Part shown: in pieces, positions 33,894-45,488 of the stretch
Layout: the number at the start of each line of letters is the position of its first letter
Numbering within the stretch: the first letter of the stretch is position 1
Assembly (NCBI GenBank): GCA_023334545.1
Contig: JAADVB010000089.1
Coordinates: 1-64,000, forward strand
From: Salisapilia sapeloensis CBS 127946
Lineage: Eukaryota; Protista; Oomycota
Length of the DNA: 64,000 bases
Reading direction: 5' to 3'
The notes under the pieces: model-generated
The model's input: the letters and a program-made list of their open reading frames with translations, nothing else
The model's database searches: none
What the model was told of the DNA's origin: nothing
Program-made: the position numbers and the translations under genes

Positions 33894-34970
33894 ATGACCG
33901 CGGATAACTGTCTTGGGATCTATGACCCGTCGCAGTACGACTCTTTGCAAGCGTATGCGGATGCCATGAATGCTCAATTGCAAGGCAAGACGGCAAGCGA
34001 AATCATCGAATGGACGCTCGAAACGTTCGGCGCACAGCACACTGCTTTGAGCTCCAGTTTTGGCATCACCTCCGCAGTTATGCTCAACCTGACCAAGCAG
34101 CATGCACCTGGTGTACCTGTGATCTGGATTGACACGGGCTACTTGCCAGCAGAAACGTACCGGTTCGCGGATAAACTGACGAAATCACTTGATTTGGATA
34201 TCCGCGTCTTCCAATCACCAGTGACGCCAGCGCGTATGGAAGCGTTGTACGGCAAGTTGTACGAAATCCCGACCGAAGCTGCCCATAAGCAATATGGCTA
34301 CCTTCGAAAAGTTGAACCGATGCAACGAGCTTTAGAAGAGCTCCAGACAAAAGCTCTATTGGCTGGCGTGCGCGCTGAACAGACTGCCAATCGTCAGCAA
34401 ATGCAGATCGTCAATGTGTACGAGGGGAGGTTGAAGATTTGTCCCATTTTGCAATGGACGAAGCAGGATGTCGAAAAATACATGTCGGTCGAGGAGCTGC
34501 CGTACCATCCGCTAAAGTATGAAGGATACGTTAGCGTCGGTGACTGGCATTCGAGCCGTCCCGTGGCGGAGGGCGAGGAAGGTAATGAACGTGCTGGTCG
34601 ATTCCATGGTGTTTCCCAGGAATGTGGTCTTCACGTCGATATGGCCGATGTCACTTTGGAGGATTTGAAGGTCCAGACGGGATTGACGGCTAAGGAAGAG
34701 GAAATTAAGGAAAAGGTCGCGCAGCCGAACGGCATCGTGATCGTGAGCAAACCGACGTGTAAATTCTGTAACGCGTCCAAGGACGAATTCAAGCAGCGCG
34801 GATGGACGTATGAAGACTTTACGGTCGGTCAAGACATCTCGATTCCCGCAGTTCAAGAAATTGTGGGCAAACCCGTGAAGACGGTGCCGCAAATATGGAA
34901 GGACGGTCAGTATATCGGCGGTTACACGGAGCTGGCGCAGCACCTGGGCATCCCATCTCGATTTGCATAG
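33894..34970 (+). CDS. cysH: PAPS/APS reductase (CysH type, no Fe-S motif) fused to a C-terminal glutaredoxin (358 aa)
   Basis: SSSFG, IDTGYLPAETY, RKVEPMQRAL, PYHPL..GY.S.GD, ECGLH. Then Grx fold IVIVSKPTCKFC..SK..F..TVPQIW.DGQYIGGYTEL. Confidence 0.93.
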   Translation: MTADNCLGIYDPSQYDSLQAYADAMNAQLQGKTASEIIEWTLETFGAQHTALSSSFGITSAVMLNLTKQHAPGVPVIWIDTGYLPAETYRFADKLTKSLDLDIRVFQSPVTPARMEALYGKLYEIPTEAAHKQYGYLRKVEPMQRALEELQTKALLAGVRAEQTANRQQMQIVNVYEGRLKICPILQWTKQDVEKYMSVEELPYHPLKYEGYVSVGDWHSSRPVAEGEEGNERAGRFHGVSQECGLHVDMADVTLEDLKVQTGLTAKEEEIKEKVAQPNGIVIVSKPTCKFCNASKDEFKQRGWTYEDFTVGQDISIPAVQEIVGKPVKTVPQIWKDGQYIGGYTELAQHLGIPSRFA

Positions 34971-34982
34971 AAAGACAGAAAA

Positions 34983-35371
34983 TCAAGCTACTTTATGACT
35001 TTTCGCATCTATCTTTTCGATTTCCGAATCTCCAAGCGTCGTGACGATCTTCTCGAGCGGAAGAAAGCCGTTGACGCTTGTAAAACTGCTCTCCATAAAT
35101 TTTACATAAATGCTGTCGCACATCCTTCCAACTTGCACCTGGTCGAAAGCGTTCGTGCAATCGCTCGTGCTTTCGCTCTTCCGCGCTAGCAACTCGGACC
35201 GCCACAAAGCCGCGAGCTTTTTCAGTTGGCGGTCACGAAACACCTATTCCGCGATTGAAATGCTCGAACACGCTATAATTTCGCCTGGGATCAATTTTCA
35301 ACGTTCGTTTCTTCGAGCGCCGACTCGCCCCGTCTCCCCCAATGTATCTCCGTCGGCTTGTCGAGCACCAT
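34983..35371 (-). CDS. Small two-exon hypothetical protein (109 aa), divergent from sestrin
   Basis: ATG 35371, exon 35371-35303, 59-nt GT-AG intron 35302-35244, exon 35243-34983 open in phase 0 with G/C-rich third positions. Confidence 0.5.
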
Positions 35372-35430
35372 GGGCAACACAGTTACCGTCGAGGTGGCAG
35401 TCCGAATTCCGAACCTCGAGACTTCGATCG

Positions 35431-35444
35431 TGATTGGTTGAAAA
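35431..35444. promoter_or_regulatory. CCAAT-box (reverse orientation) in the sestrin bidirectional promoter
   Basis: TGATTGGTTGAAAA matches the extended oomycete CCAAT element; it lies ~55 nt upstream of the INR-FPR. Confidence 0.6.
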
Positions 35445-35495
35445 TACTAAAGTAGCGTTAAGTGAACCTAAGCACAGATGCTCTCTCTTGCCTTT

Positions 35496-35511
35496 TCATT
35501 TTGCATTTTGC
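35496..35511 (+). promoter_or_regulatory. INR-FPR core promoter of sestrin
   Basis: TCATTTT-GC-ATTTTGC fits YCAYTYY + 2 nt + MWTTTNC. Confidence 0.6.
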
Positions 35512-35576
35512 CCGGTCCTGCACAAGTTGACGTTCCCGCGTAACTAGTAGATACTCATCGCCGATCTTCACGTATC

Positions 35577-37355
35577 TTGAACTCGATGAGTTTTGCCTTC
35601 CCCTATACTCGAGACGACGCAGCCATGCGCCGCAGTGTCTCGAAAGAGCTCTTCTTCCGACGCTTGCTCGTCGAAAGCAGCGACGTGCAAGTGCAAGTTG
35701 CTGCGTCCGTTGCCCAAGAGCTAGAGCAGATGTTGCAGGATGCTGATCCTACCATGCTTTATCGAGAGTACTACCCGACTGCTGCCCGCATGGCGAAAGA
35801 GGCACCTTTCCGCGCCATACGAGATGCACTGGCGCCGATCGTCGACAACATGAAGGACCAGTTCGCGCACTTGAAAGAAGATAATAACGACGCAGACGAG
35901 ATCAGTGCATCGTACTTTGTTGATGCAAAGGAACTGCCGACCGTCGAATCCCTCTGGAGTGATGCTGAGAATGAATCCGAGGCCAAGCACGTTGTCGCCG
36001 AGACGTTTCTATCTGTTGGACGACTCACACACTTCACCCGCGTCTTATCGTGGCATCCAAGTTACTTGCAGCTGTTCCAGGCAAGTTTAAGTGCCATCAT
36101 GATGCATGAAGGTACTCTACCTCTTGCATGGCGTAGTTACATTTCAATCCTAGCATGCGCAGAGCAGCGTTGCCACTACCTTGCAGACATGCAACAGAGC
36201 CTCTTCCTCGTGAACGGTGGAGAACCTGCGTGGGTTAAAGGTATCGAACATGTGCCAAGCAAATTATTCCAACTGCACGAATTAAGTGCTCTGCTCGCAC
36301 ACCGACCGTGGCTGCTAACGAAAGACCACATTGCAGACTTGCTATTTGCAGATCAAGAAGAGTCCTGGTCAGTGTCGGAACTGGTGCATGCCATCATCGT
36401 GCTCTGCCAGTACCACTCTATGAGCAGCATCGCTCATGGTATGGGCATGGCAGAGGAACCTGATCTCGCTTCTTACAGTGATTATGGGTCAGCTGGTAAA
36501 GCATCTCCAATCTCCAGCAGGTCTTCCAGCGCATCTCCACGACAGTCTGGTGAGAATGATGCTGCCTTGATGAACGCAAGCGATTTCTCTCTATCGGAGG
36601 ACACGATAGATGAAAGTTCGGCCGGCGTCACGGAGATGAACATTGCTGAAATGGACCGCGAAGATGACTTGGTCTTTAAGAGGCTACGTAGCTGCACGAG
36701 AGACGGTAGTGAAACCGCAGAAGATGACGATGACGATGGACTACTTGCCGATATCGAAAGCGACATGGACTACATCTTTGAAGTCGCAGCAAACGAAGAA
36801 GCAGCCGAAGTCGGTACGCCATCCAGCAAACAGAAGGATGCGTTACGACGTTTCTGTGGCGGATCTGTGTCTTGTTACTCGGACTTTGACGTGCGCTCCG
36901 GCGAATACGATGTGCTTCATACTGAAGACTTTTCCTGGGACGAGCATTGCTTCTCCCTCGTACGTCGCTACTTTCCCGGAGACACTGGTCAGATCCTGGA
37001 AGATCTATTCGATCTAACTGGCAAACTGACGTACGACTACTTTGGTCACGAGAAACGCGAAGTGGACACGAGTCCCTACCGTAGCGCCATTTGGTACTAC
37101 GTCCACCGAATCTTCGGTATCTTTCACGACGACTATGATTATCGTCAAGTGAACTTGTTTTTAAATACGCCGACCAAGATTTTCGTTAAAAAGGTCGCCT
37201 GTACGCCGTGGCGTGTGACGAGAGAAGATTTTGAGCACTTTGATCATTCACTAAGTCCACCGGAAAAGTGCCACGTCACATTGATCGTGGCAGAAGCTAG
37301 GAAACAAGCTGGACTCATGTATGCCCTGCGTGCGGTCATGAATCACATGCGTTAG
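35577..37355 (+). CDS. SESN: Sestrin (PA26 family)
   Basis: GRLTHFTRVLSWHPSYL, LPLAWRSYISILACAEQRCHYL, LAHRPWLLTKDHI, WSVSELVHAIIVL, GIFHDDYDY, EKCHV, EARKQAGLMYALRAV. The true ATG is probably 35586. Confidence 0.95.
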   Translation: MNSMSFAFPYTRDDAAMRRSVSKELFFRRLLVESSDVQVQVAASVAQELEQMLQDADPTMLYREYYPTAARMAKEAPFRAIRDALAPIVDNMKDQFAHLKEDNNDADEISASYFVDAKELPTVESLWSDAENESEAKHVVAETFLSVGRLTHFTRVLSWHPSYLQLFQASLSAIMMHEGTLPLAWRSYISILACAEQRCHYLADMQQSLFLVNGGEPAWVKGIEHVPSKLFQLHELSALLAHRPWLLTKDHIADLLFADQEESWSVSELVHAIIVLCQYHSMSSIAHGMGMAEEPDLASYSDYGSAGKASPISSRSSSASPRQSGENDAALMNASDFSLSEDTIDESSAGVTEMNIAEMDREDDLVFKRLRSCTRDGSETAEDDDDDGLLADIESDMDYIFEVAANEEAAEVGTPSSKQKDALRRFCGGSVSCYSDFDVRSGEYDVLHTEDFSWDEHCFSLVRRYFPGDTGQILEDLFDLTGKLTYDYFGHEKREVDTSPYRSAIWYYVHRIFGIFHDDYDYRQVNLFLNTPTKIFVKKVACTPWRVTREDFEHFDHSLSPPEKCHVTLIVAEARKQAGLMYALRAVMNHMR

Positions 37356-37440
37356 AAAGTGTCCATGTCTTCACCTCGGTCGTGTCGAAAGAAATGCACG
37401 TTAAGAATCAATAAGAATTGGTATTTAAAATACGCATCAA

Positions 37441-40400
37441 TTAGTTTTGTAAGTACGTCCATGCATGCGCGAGACGAAGGTGGTAATTTAACCGAGTATC
37501 TGGCTTGTGCGAGCCTTCGGTCCGAGGTCGGACGTTGAGATTAAGCATCCGGCCAGTTGATTCCGTCCGAGGTCTCACCGTGATACCTTCCTTGGAGATG
37601 TAAAACTCTTTTAATTCGTCTACAGAAGCAGCATTTGTTGTATCAGGTGGAGTGGCTTGAACCACCCGAGGAAGACTTGCTAGTGTTGATCTACGCTTTA
37701 GTATCGGCTCGTCCTTTGCCTTCCTTTGGTTGCTCGTAGCTGGCTCCAATGGCGTTCTTGGTTTTGGCAGCTTTGTCTCGGAAGCAGACGATGGAAGTGT
37801 CATTTTGCCAATGTCGGAAAGAATCTCATCTATAGACAAGTTAGCAGTCTACTTTGCAAGGTTGTATTCGATTCACTTACGAAGGGAAGGCTCTTCTTGT
37901 GGCCATTGCTCTTCCATTGCGGTGGGAGTTGGCGTGGAGGATGCTTGTCGGAGTATAAAGTTTCGAGCAGCTTTCTTGATGACGGAGCGACGTACAGCTC
38001 GATTCGGGCCAAATCGCTCGTTAGCTCTGCGTCTATACAGTATCTTTGTCGTCGCTTCCGAAGCATTCGAGCAGATACCTAGCTCACCATCATCTAGACT
38101 CAGCTTTCGCTGAAGGACAGACTCTCGCTTTTGTAGAGCTAATCGACCATTGACACGGTCAAGACACTTTTGAGCTTCCGTTTCCTCCCTTTCCTTCCTT
38201 GATACCAGATCGAGCGGGAAATTCCATGGTGTCAGCTCCGGTTGACGACGTGTAGCAAAGTGATCGAGTATACCACATAATTCTCCTCCAAGTGTCCACA
38301 CTTTGAGCTTCCCATCGATCGAGGACGACAGAAGGACACGAGGGTCATGGACGAGAGTCAAGCAAGATACACGATCAGTATGCGCTTTCCAACGCACTGT
38401 AGGCACGATCTGCATTACTTCATCCGGAACAGGTCGCGCAGCGTTGTATAGAGCAGATAGGAAGTCGTTTCCAAGCTCGACTTCCGGTCGACGATCAGAA
38501 TGCGCTGGACCAGATCGAGTACTGTCGAACGTACCCAGGCGAAGATAGTCCTGGTCACGTTGCGTTGTACGAATATCGTGTGGCATGTACCATACTGTAA
38601 TCCAACCATAGTCATCTCCACCAGCAACCACTCGATGGTCCTCCTTGGACGATAGATGCGGTTCAAATGAGATATCATCACCTTCTAACGATCTTTCGAC
38701 ATCCGTTTTAAACACTTTGGCAGGTGTCGATGCCAGCGTTTGTACGTGCAAGATGCATGGTGTAGGCAGGCCCGGATCCGTTGGGACCGTTAGTGCCACA
38801 TTACATCTGCATAAATAATTAATGCTGATACATTACTTCTTTTAATACATTAGCGAGCAGACACGTACCTGTATCTTGCCAAGTCTGCTGACGGTATCCA
38901 TGCGAGCACTCGACCTCGACTTGTTCCTCCTAGCAAGACACCTCCATCGCCATAAAATGATAAACAATGGAGTTCACAACCTTGTGGAACTAGATAGGAT
39001 CCCTGAGGATGCGTGACATTGTCATCCCAAAGCTGTAGGAAACTCACGTTTTGCTTGCCACTCATCGTCACCGCTAGCTTTCGCAATTTTAAATCAGCAA
39101 CTGCCTTTAGTTGCTCATATTCGGTATCAGGAGAGTTGCCTAAACGTACGCGTTGGATAGCGACAGATTGGGGAGTAGTACTTCCAGCAGGTTCATAGTA
39201 ACCATCCTGATCGTTTTCGTTTAAGATATAGAGTCTCGAGTCGGATGATAGAGCTAACACTTGCTTTGAATTTCGTACGTAGGATAGGTAGACTACAGCT
39301 TCACCGCGCTCAAACGGATCTAAATGCTTCATGACGTTACCATTGAAGGCATTCAAGACTCTGATAGCGCCTATATCATCGCCGACGATGACTTTTCGTT
39401 GACGGTCGTCGACACACACGGCAGTGATTGATATCCCTTCCGTATGTGTGATTGTGTTCCATTTAAAGACTTTACACTGTTCTCCTGTTTCTCCTTTCCA
39501 CGTAATAATCTTCGAGTTGGTCGCGACAACAATTAGATCCAACGGAGTCAAGTACGAAGTAAAGAATACTTCCTCTCGTACATTCAGAACACACAAGTCA
39601 AAGAACACAACTTGAGGACCTTTCATGGCTACCATGACGGCATCCATTGTACTAGTTGAAGGAACGACACAAGCGTGGATATTTGTGATACTTGCTCGCG
39701 ATACAGAGTGATAAAGAGGACCGTCGTACAGACCCAAGTCGACGGTCTGAAGCAGTCGCCAAGAGTGCGTGGAGAAAACGCGAGCGACACTGGCTACATC
39801 TATCGATACAAAATGCTGTGCGCACTCGACGAAAGATATGTATTGGACAGGTAGAAGATGCTGTTTGATCGTCGTTTCGCATTTGAGAGTATCTCGGTCT
39901 TTGCCTGATGAAGTTTGCTTCCAAATCGTAATAGATAGTGTCGATTGGTCGGTGCCAGAGAAGTATCCGACACTAGCCAGCCTCTGTTCCTGCATAGAAT
40001 AAGCCAAGCAACGTACACCTTGAGGATGTGCTTCCAAACTCTGCATGACTTCCCCTGTATCTATTTCCGACAGCGTCAGTAACGGGTGGGTTTATGAACG
40101 TAAACGACAGCTTCAGGCTACCTGCTCGTAAGATAGTAAGGATACCATCTTTTCTTCCAAGTACCACTCGGGTATGACTACCGCATCGAATTGTGATCAT
40201 TGAATGCACTCCTTTATATCGGTCTTCTGGACATTCGCTTGGTAATTGAAAGGTTCTAGTTTCTGCATCGAATAGCACGTATTGGCCTGTACTTGCCATT
40301 GTCTGTTTTGTATTATTCTTTCCTGAGCAAGAGCGCGAGATAGCCTGATTGTACACGCATTCAGCAGTAGGGAGGATGATAGCAAAGCAGGCGAGTTGCT

Positions 40401-41158
40401 GCAATGTAGGAATCCATTCAAATTGACTGATACTGCTATTCCCAGGCACTTGAACTCGGCACACTAGCGTTGGATGATGAATAGGATCCAAGCCCCAGAT
40501 ACTTATCCAACCACTAGATCGGACAGATGAAATTGCTAGTTGTCTTGAAGATGAAATATACTCAATGGCAAGTACAGCGTGCTCATGGAAACTTGTGTGT
40601 TGACGCAACCGAGCGATGTAGTGAGGAGCTTCATTGTGGTGGAAATGTAGCGAATATAGCATCACGACATCAGACCCGTGTTCAAAATATGCAATAGATT
40701 GTAGCTCATTGATAAGAAGGAGTTGGGCGATACTGGACTGGACTTGTAAGTGAGGGGTATGTGGGTCCTTACGAGGGAGTGACCATTGGGTGTATCTTTT
40801 TGAATGGAGAAACCTTCGATGAACAACGTCAGACTCAACTAAATTGTCAGCTTCGGCAAGACCAGCGTCCGTAATGTATGCTGAGAATTCGTCCCACTCA
40901 ACTTTGCCGTCACCATTGATGTCGATTGTATGAAAGAGCTTGATGACTCCTACGACAAACTCCAGCTACTATGGCAATTGGCATACAACTTAGAATCTAT
41001 TCTATTTTCATATAGATATACAAGCATACTTCATTAGCTTTACGAATTTGGAGATGAGACTTGAGTAACTTGACAAAGCGATCCAAGGATAAGCCTTTGG
41101 TAAACCCTGACCGTAGGCGCTGAACATCCGCCGTTGACAGTGTCATCATGACGTCCAT
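37441..41158 (-). CDS. N-terminal EF-hand + WD40 repeat protein (WDR49/WDR64/EFCAB8-like, probably ciliary); multi-exon
   Basis: ATG 41158 MDVMMTLS..; after an intron LFHTIDINGDGKVEWDEFSAYI; WD40 blades (LEAHPQGVRCLAYS, WKAHTDRVSCL..SSSIDGKLKVWT). ORF-track pieces join via in-phase GT-AG introns. The 3' end is uncertain. Confidence 0.8.
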
Positions 41159-41319
41159 GGTGGCTATCTTGTGCTTGGTGTCGATTGTTAAAGAGAAAAG
41201 CTAAAGCTAAAAATAAGAAGGAGGAAACATAGTTCAATTGTAATATTGTCTAGAATGAGATGAAACGCTCAGAGTTTAATTGAAGACAGCACAGCGTAAG
41301 CGCATCAATGGTTCACATA

Positions 41320-41350
41320 CCACGTACGACATCCACGTACGACATCCACG
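41320..41350. repeat. 13-bp tandem duplication CCACGTACGACAT x2 plus partial copy
   Basis: Read directly at 41320-41332, 41333-41345, then CCACG. It lies in the divergent promoter region. Confidence 0.85.
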
Positions 41351-41865
41351 ACGGATCTTTGTCGAGTAATATAGCTCTAGTATTCCTTGCTGCATCCATG
41401 AAATGCTTTTACCGAGCAGCACGGCAAATACTGATGCTGGACCGAAGAGTAATCTGACTGTCAGATCAACTCGATAGCCTCACGTAGTTTTAGCATGAAT
41501 ATGCACCAGCAAATAACGAAATGTGCTTTTGACACATGCGAAACTATTTTCTAAATGAACTTATGTGATAAGCTCGTAGATTTAAAGATAGCTACTGCCA
41601 TCCTAGGTGACAGATCTCTTCCAATCCAGCAATATAGAAACATACTGGAAGTCTAGACCAACTCAAGAATCAAACGTGATATTCAATTGGCATGCTTCTT
41701 ACTAGTAAGTTGAGGATAGTATGACGTATCCAGCTTTAATGATGGACATGTAGCAAGCAGCACTGAACAGTAACTTGGGATTATAGCCCGATCCGATTGA
41801 CGGATTTCATGTGTGTGGCATTCTGTATGTAAAAGACAGACCGACAGATAGCAACAACTGCGAAC

Positions 41866-42806
41866 ATGGTACGGCGTGGACGTCTAGCTCTACGGCAGGT
41901 AGAGCAGCCTGTAGGGCTTGACGAAGAAAAGGGCAATGCTCAAGCTGCCATTGCAACACACCAGTCTACTGCAGACGCAAGCGTCGACTCGAATGCAATG
42001 GAGAGAGAAACCAAACGTCGGAAGAAAGAGGATGCATTGGCCAAGGCAGAGTCCAGCAAAGATAGTAGAAATCCCATTTGGAACCTCTATCAGGACGGGA
42101 TTGATTCTAAAAGTGTTCTGCAACTGGCATACGTTCGACGACGAGTATGATCCTTCATCATTCCACATTTAGTAGCAATGTCTAATAGTAATTTTAGGCT
42201 CCGAAACTATCTAAGCGACCGATAGCTGAGCAATTTCTTGTTCCAAGACCATCGCTGCATGTCGATGACTTCCTTCCACCGACAGATTATAGTGAAACAG
42301 CTACAACTTTACCAGCTAGCACACCCACTAGTACAGTAGAGCATGATCAGGCTCTATCAAACGCAAATGCATTTTTCCATAAGATGGAGCAAGCAAGTGA
42401 AACAGATCGCCAGGCATGGAAGCAACTGAACTATGAAGACTGGATGCAGATTTACGAGACACATCATTCCAAAGCACCCTCTCCAACCTTGCTCGTCGAG
42501 TTGTTAGAACAAGCTCCATCCTCTGAACTATGCATTGTGACATGGGAAGCTTGGCTACTTCCACTACTCGAACGTACCTCTCAAATGGATAGCTCGACGT
42601 CCATCACGACTGCCAAACGCATCGTCGAGTGTCTAGTAACCCACCACCCTCGTCTCGGAAAATTGCAACCGAAAGACTATAGAGCACAGATCCGAGCGCT
42701 CCATCTACGAGACAATCTTCCAGAGACCTTTGGCGCCATCGTGGAAAGCCAATTTATCGAATTGTACCGCCAGCTCCGACATCTATCAGTTATCTCTTCC
42801 TCCTAA
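41866..42806 (+). CDS. Hypothetical protein, 3 exons
   Basis: ORFs 41866-42150 and 42384-42806 are linked by introns 42145-42197 (53 nt) and 42336-42383 (48 nt) with an open middle exon. Confidence 0.6.
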
Positions 42807-42939
42807 TCCCTACGTTTTGCATAATTCGTACCAATCAGACAATGCATTCCATATAGCTACAAACTTCAAGTCCACCCATTCATGGATACACTTTCATTTT
42901 TAATTCACCCCTGCCGCTCTCGGAGCAGATACATCAAGC

Positions 42940-44138
42940 ATGGAGGACTCGGCGACACCCATACTCATTGTCATCATCGTATTTGTCGGTATTACCTGTG
43001 CGATTGTCTTCACCGCCATCTGTTGTATATGCAAGCGTGATCAATCGAAGCCTTTAACGGATCCGTCATTGCCTCCTGGACCTGCCATTCTTTCAGAAGC
43101 TACTGTTAGTGGGAGTTCGTCACTACGGGAATCAAAGTCACCTACAAATGGTACAAATAAAGACAATAGAAAGAGCCGACGAGACACCCAGACTCGTGCA
43201 ACTGAGGAAACCAACCAATACTTTCCTCAGCTCGTGCCGTACCGTTTGAACGAAAACGATGTGTTAACAACGCGCAGGATCGCTACTGGTGGCTTTGGTA
43301 CAGTGTGGTTGGGCCATTACCACGGCGAGCCTATTGCTTTGAAAAAACTGCAGAACATGGAGCTCAATGCGTCTGCCGTGGAAGACATGACGGACCGGTT
43401 CGCGAATGAGATTCAGATGATGGCAAAGCTCCAGCATCCGAAACTCGTTCGATTTATCGGCTGCACTTGGTCCACTCGAACAGATCTCGCTGCTGTCTCG
43501 GAATTCATGAGCGGGGGAGACGTCCGAATGTTGCTGGAGAACCAGCGAATTCAGCTCAGTTGGACTGATTTGAAAATGTCCATTGCGATCGACATCTGCG
43601 AAGCACTCGTGTATTTGCACACTCGATCTCCACCGATTATCCATCGCGACATGAAATCCAGCAACGTTATGTTGAACGTAGCACAGGTCGCGAAATTGAG
43701 TGACTTTGGACTATGTCGCCACCGTACTTTTGAAGAAACGCAGACGGCGAACGTCGGGACCGTTCGATGGGCTGCACCAGAAATCATGTTGTCCGAAGAT
43801 TACTCTGAACGCGCGGATGGTAGTTGCTTTTCCTTTTCATACCTCATGCAACCTACTAACTTGTTGACCTTGTAGTCTATTCTTTCGGCGTCGTGCTAAG
43901 TGAATTGGATACACGAGTCATCCCGTTCGAAAACAGGGGCACAGGTAGCGGCAGCTTTACGGAAATGGACATACCGAACCGTATTGCGCGAGGTGAACTC
44001 CTACCGACATTTTCGGAAGAATGTCCAGAGCCGATCTTCAAGTTGGCGCATGCATGTTTACAATTTGACCCAGAATTGCGTCCATCGACAACGGAAATCC
44101 TTGAGCGACTGCAATCGATTCAAAAGACACTTGCTTAA
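42940..44138 (+). CDS. TKL protein kinase with N-terminal TM anchor (2 exons, 380 aa)
   Basis: TM PILIVIIVFVGITCAIVFTAICCIC; GGFGTVW, IALKK, HRDMKSSN, DFG, APE. Intron 43820-43875 restores ADVYSFGVVLSELDT. Confidence 0.93.
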
Positions 44139-44450
44139 TCCTATCCCAAGTTTCCATTTCCTTTGCTGCCGACTTGTCCGTCTAAAGTAGCGTTCGATCG
44201 TCTCGTTTGAAAATCGTGATGAGTAATGTTTGTGACTATATACAATTTGGTAGAGGAATGAAACTCGCCAGTTTTGGGCCGCCGAGGCGAGTCGAACGCA
44301 TACTAAGAACGAGATTAAAGGCAGGTCCACGACGAACCTATCTCGTACCAACTCGTTTCCATACTCGTCACTTTCGACCGCCACGACTCGACCTCTATAC
44401 CTTCCTTCCACACTACGCGTTGTAGATAAGACAAACACAAAAGAACAGAC

Positions 44451-45488
44451 ATGGGCTGCTGTGAAAGCAGACCTGAAAAAACAGGTTCCCCCGACATACA
44501 GAGTCCGCAGGCCACACCAGGCGGGGGCTACCCTCCTAGCAATCAAAAGCCGGTAATGCCCAGGCCGTTACCTCCGACTCGTGAGGCGACACCTGAAGGT
44601 GCATCGAAGGACACGGAGCATTTCTTTCCAGAGCTAGTCGAGCATCGTTTGGATGAGACGGAGGTCCTACTGACTCGTAAAATCAGCACAGGTGCCTTTG
44701 GTGTCGTCTGGCTAGGTCATTACCACGGCCAGCCAGTCGCGGTGAAGAGCATGATTGAAGGAGAGGAAGAAGTGCAATCGTTTGCACAGGAAATAGATAC
44801 CATGTCACGGCTGATGCATCCAAAAATCGTCAAGTTTATCGGATGCACGTGGACGAGTACTAAAGACTTAAGTGGCGTATCAGAGTTCATGGATGGAGGG
44901 GATGTTCGGACGTTGTTGGAAAGCCGCAAGGTTGATTTATCTTGGGCAGATAAGAAACTCAGTATGGCCATTGACATTGCTGAAGCACTAGCGTACATGC
45001 ATACGCGTGAACCGAGTGTCATCCATCGAGATTTAAAGTCTCGAAACGTCCTTTTGAATGCAGCATTTGTCGCGAAGCTTAGTGACTTTGGTCTCAGTCG
45101 TAATCGGACGTACGAAGAGACATTGACCGCTGGTGTCGGTACCGTCCGCTGGACTGCGCCGGAAGTCATGTTGGGTGAAAACTACTCGGAAGTCGCCGAC
45201 GTGTATTCCTACGGCGTCGTGCTAAGCGAATTGGATACGCGAGAGATTCCGTTTGAAGAGAAATCGACGAGTCGTAGTGGCAGTGGCAATGGTGGCCCGG
45301 ACATGGCGATCGTGATCAAGGTCGCCAAGGGCGAGTTGAAACCATCTTTTGCGCCGGATTGTCCAGATCCGATTTTGAAAATCGCGAAAGCTTGTCTCCA
45401 ATTTGACCCTGCGTTACGTCCTAGTGCGACAAGAGTTGTCGAGATGCTCAACGAAGCCAAGGAACAGTTGCAAGACGCTGAAGCATAA
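44451..45488 (+). CDS. TKL protein kinase with MGCC acylation motif (intronless paralogue)
   Basis: MGCCES; GAFGVVW, VAVKS, HRDLKSRN, DFG, TAPE, DVYSYGVVLSELDT. Confidence 0.95.
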   Translation: MGCCESRPEKTGSPDIQSPQATPGGGYPPSNQKPVMPRPLPPTREATPEGASKDTEHFFPELVEHRLDETEVLLTRKISTGAFGVVWLGHYHGQPVAVKSMIEGEEEVQSFAQEIDTMSRLMHPKIVKFIGCTWTSTKDLSGVSEFMDGGDVRTLLESRKVDLSWADKKLSMAIDIAEALAYMHTREPSVIHRDLKSRNVLLNAAFVAKLSDFGLSRNRTYEETLTAGVGTVRWTAPEVMLGENYSEVADVYSYGVVLSELDTREIPFEEKSTSRSGSGNGGPDMAIVIKVAKGELKPSFAPDCPDPILKIAKACLQFDPALRPSATRVVEMLNEAKEQLQDAEA

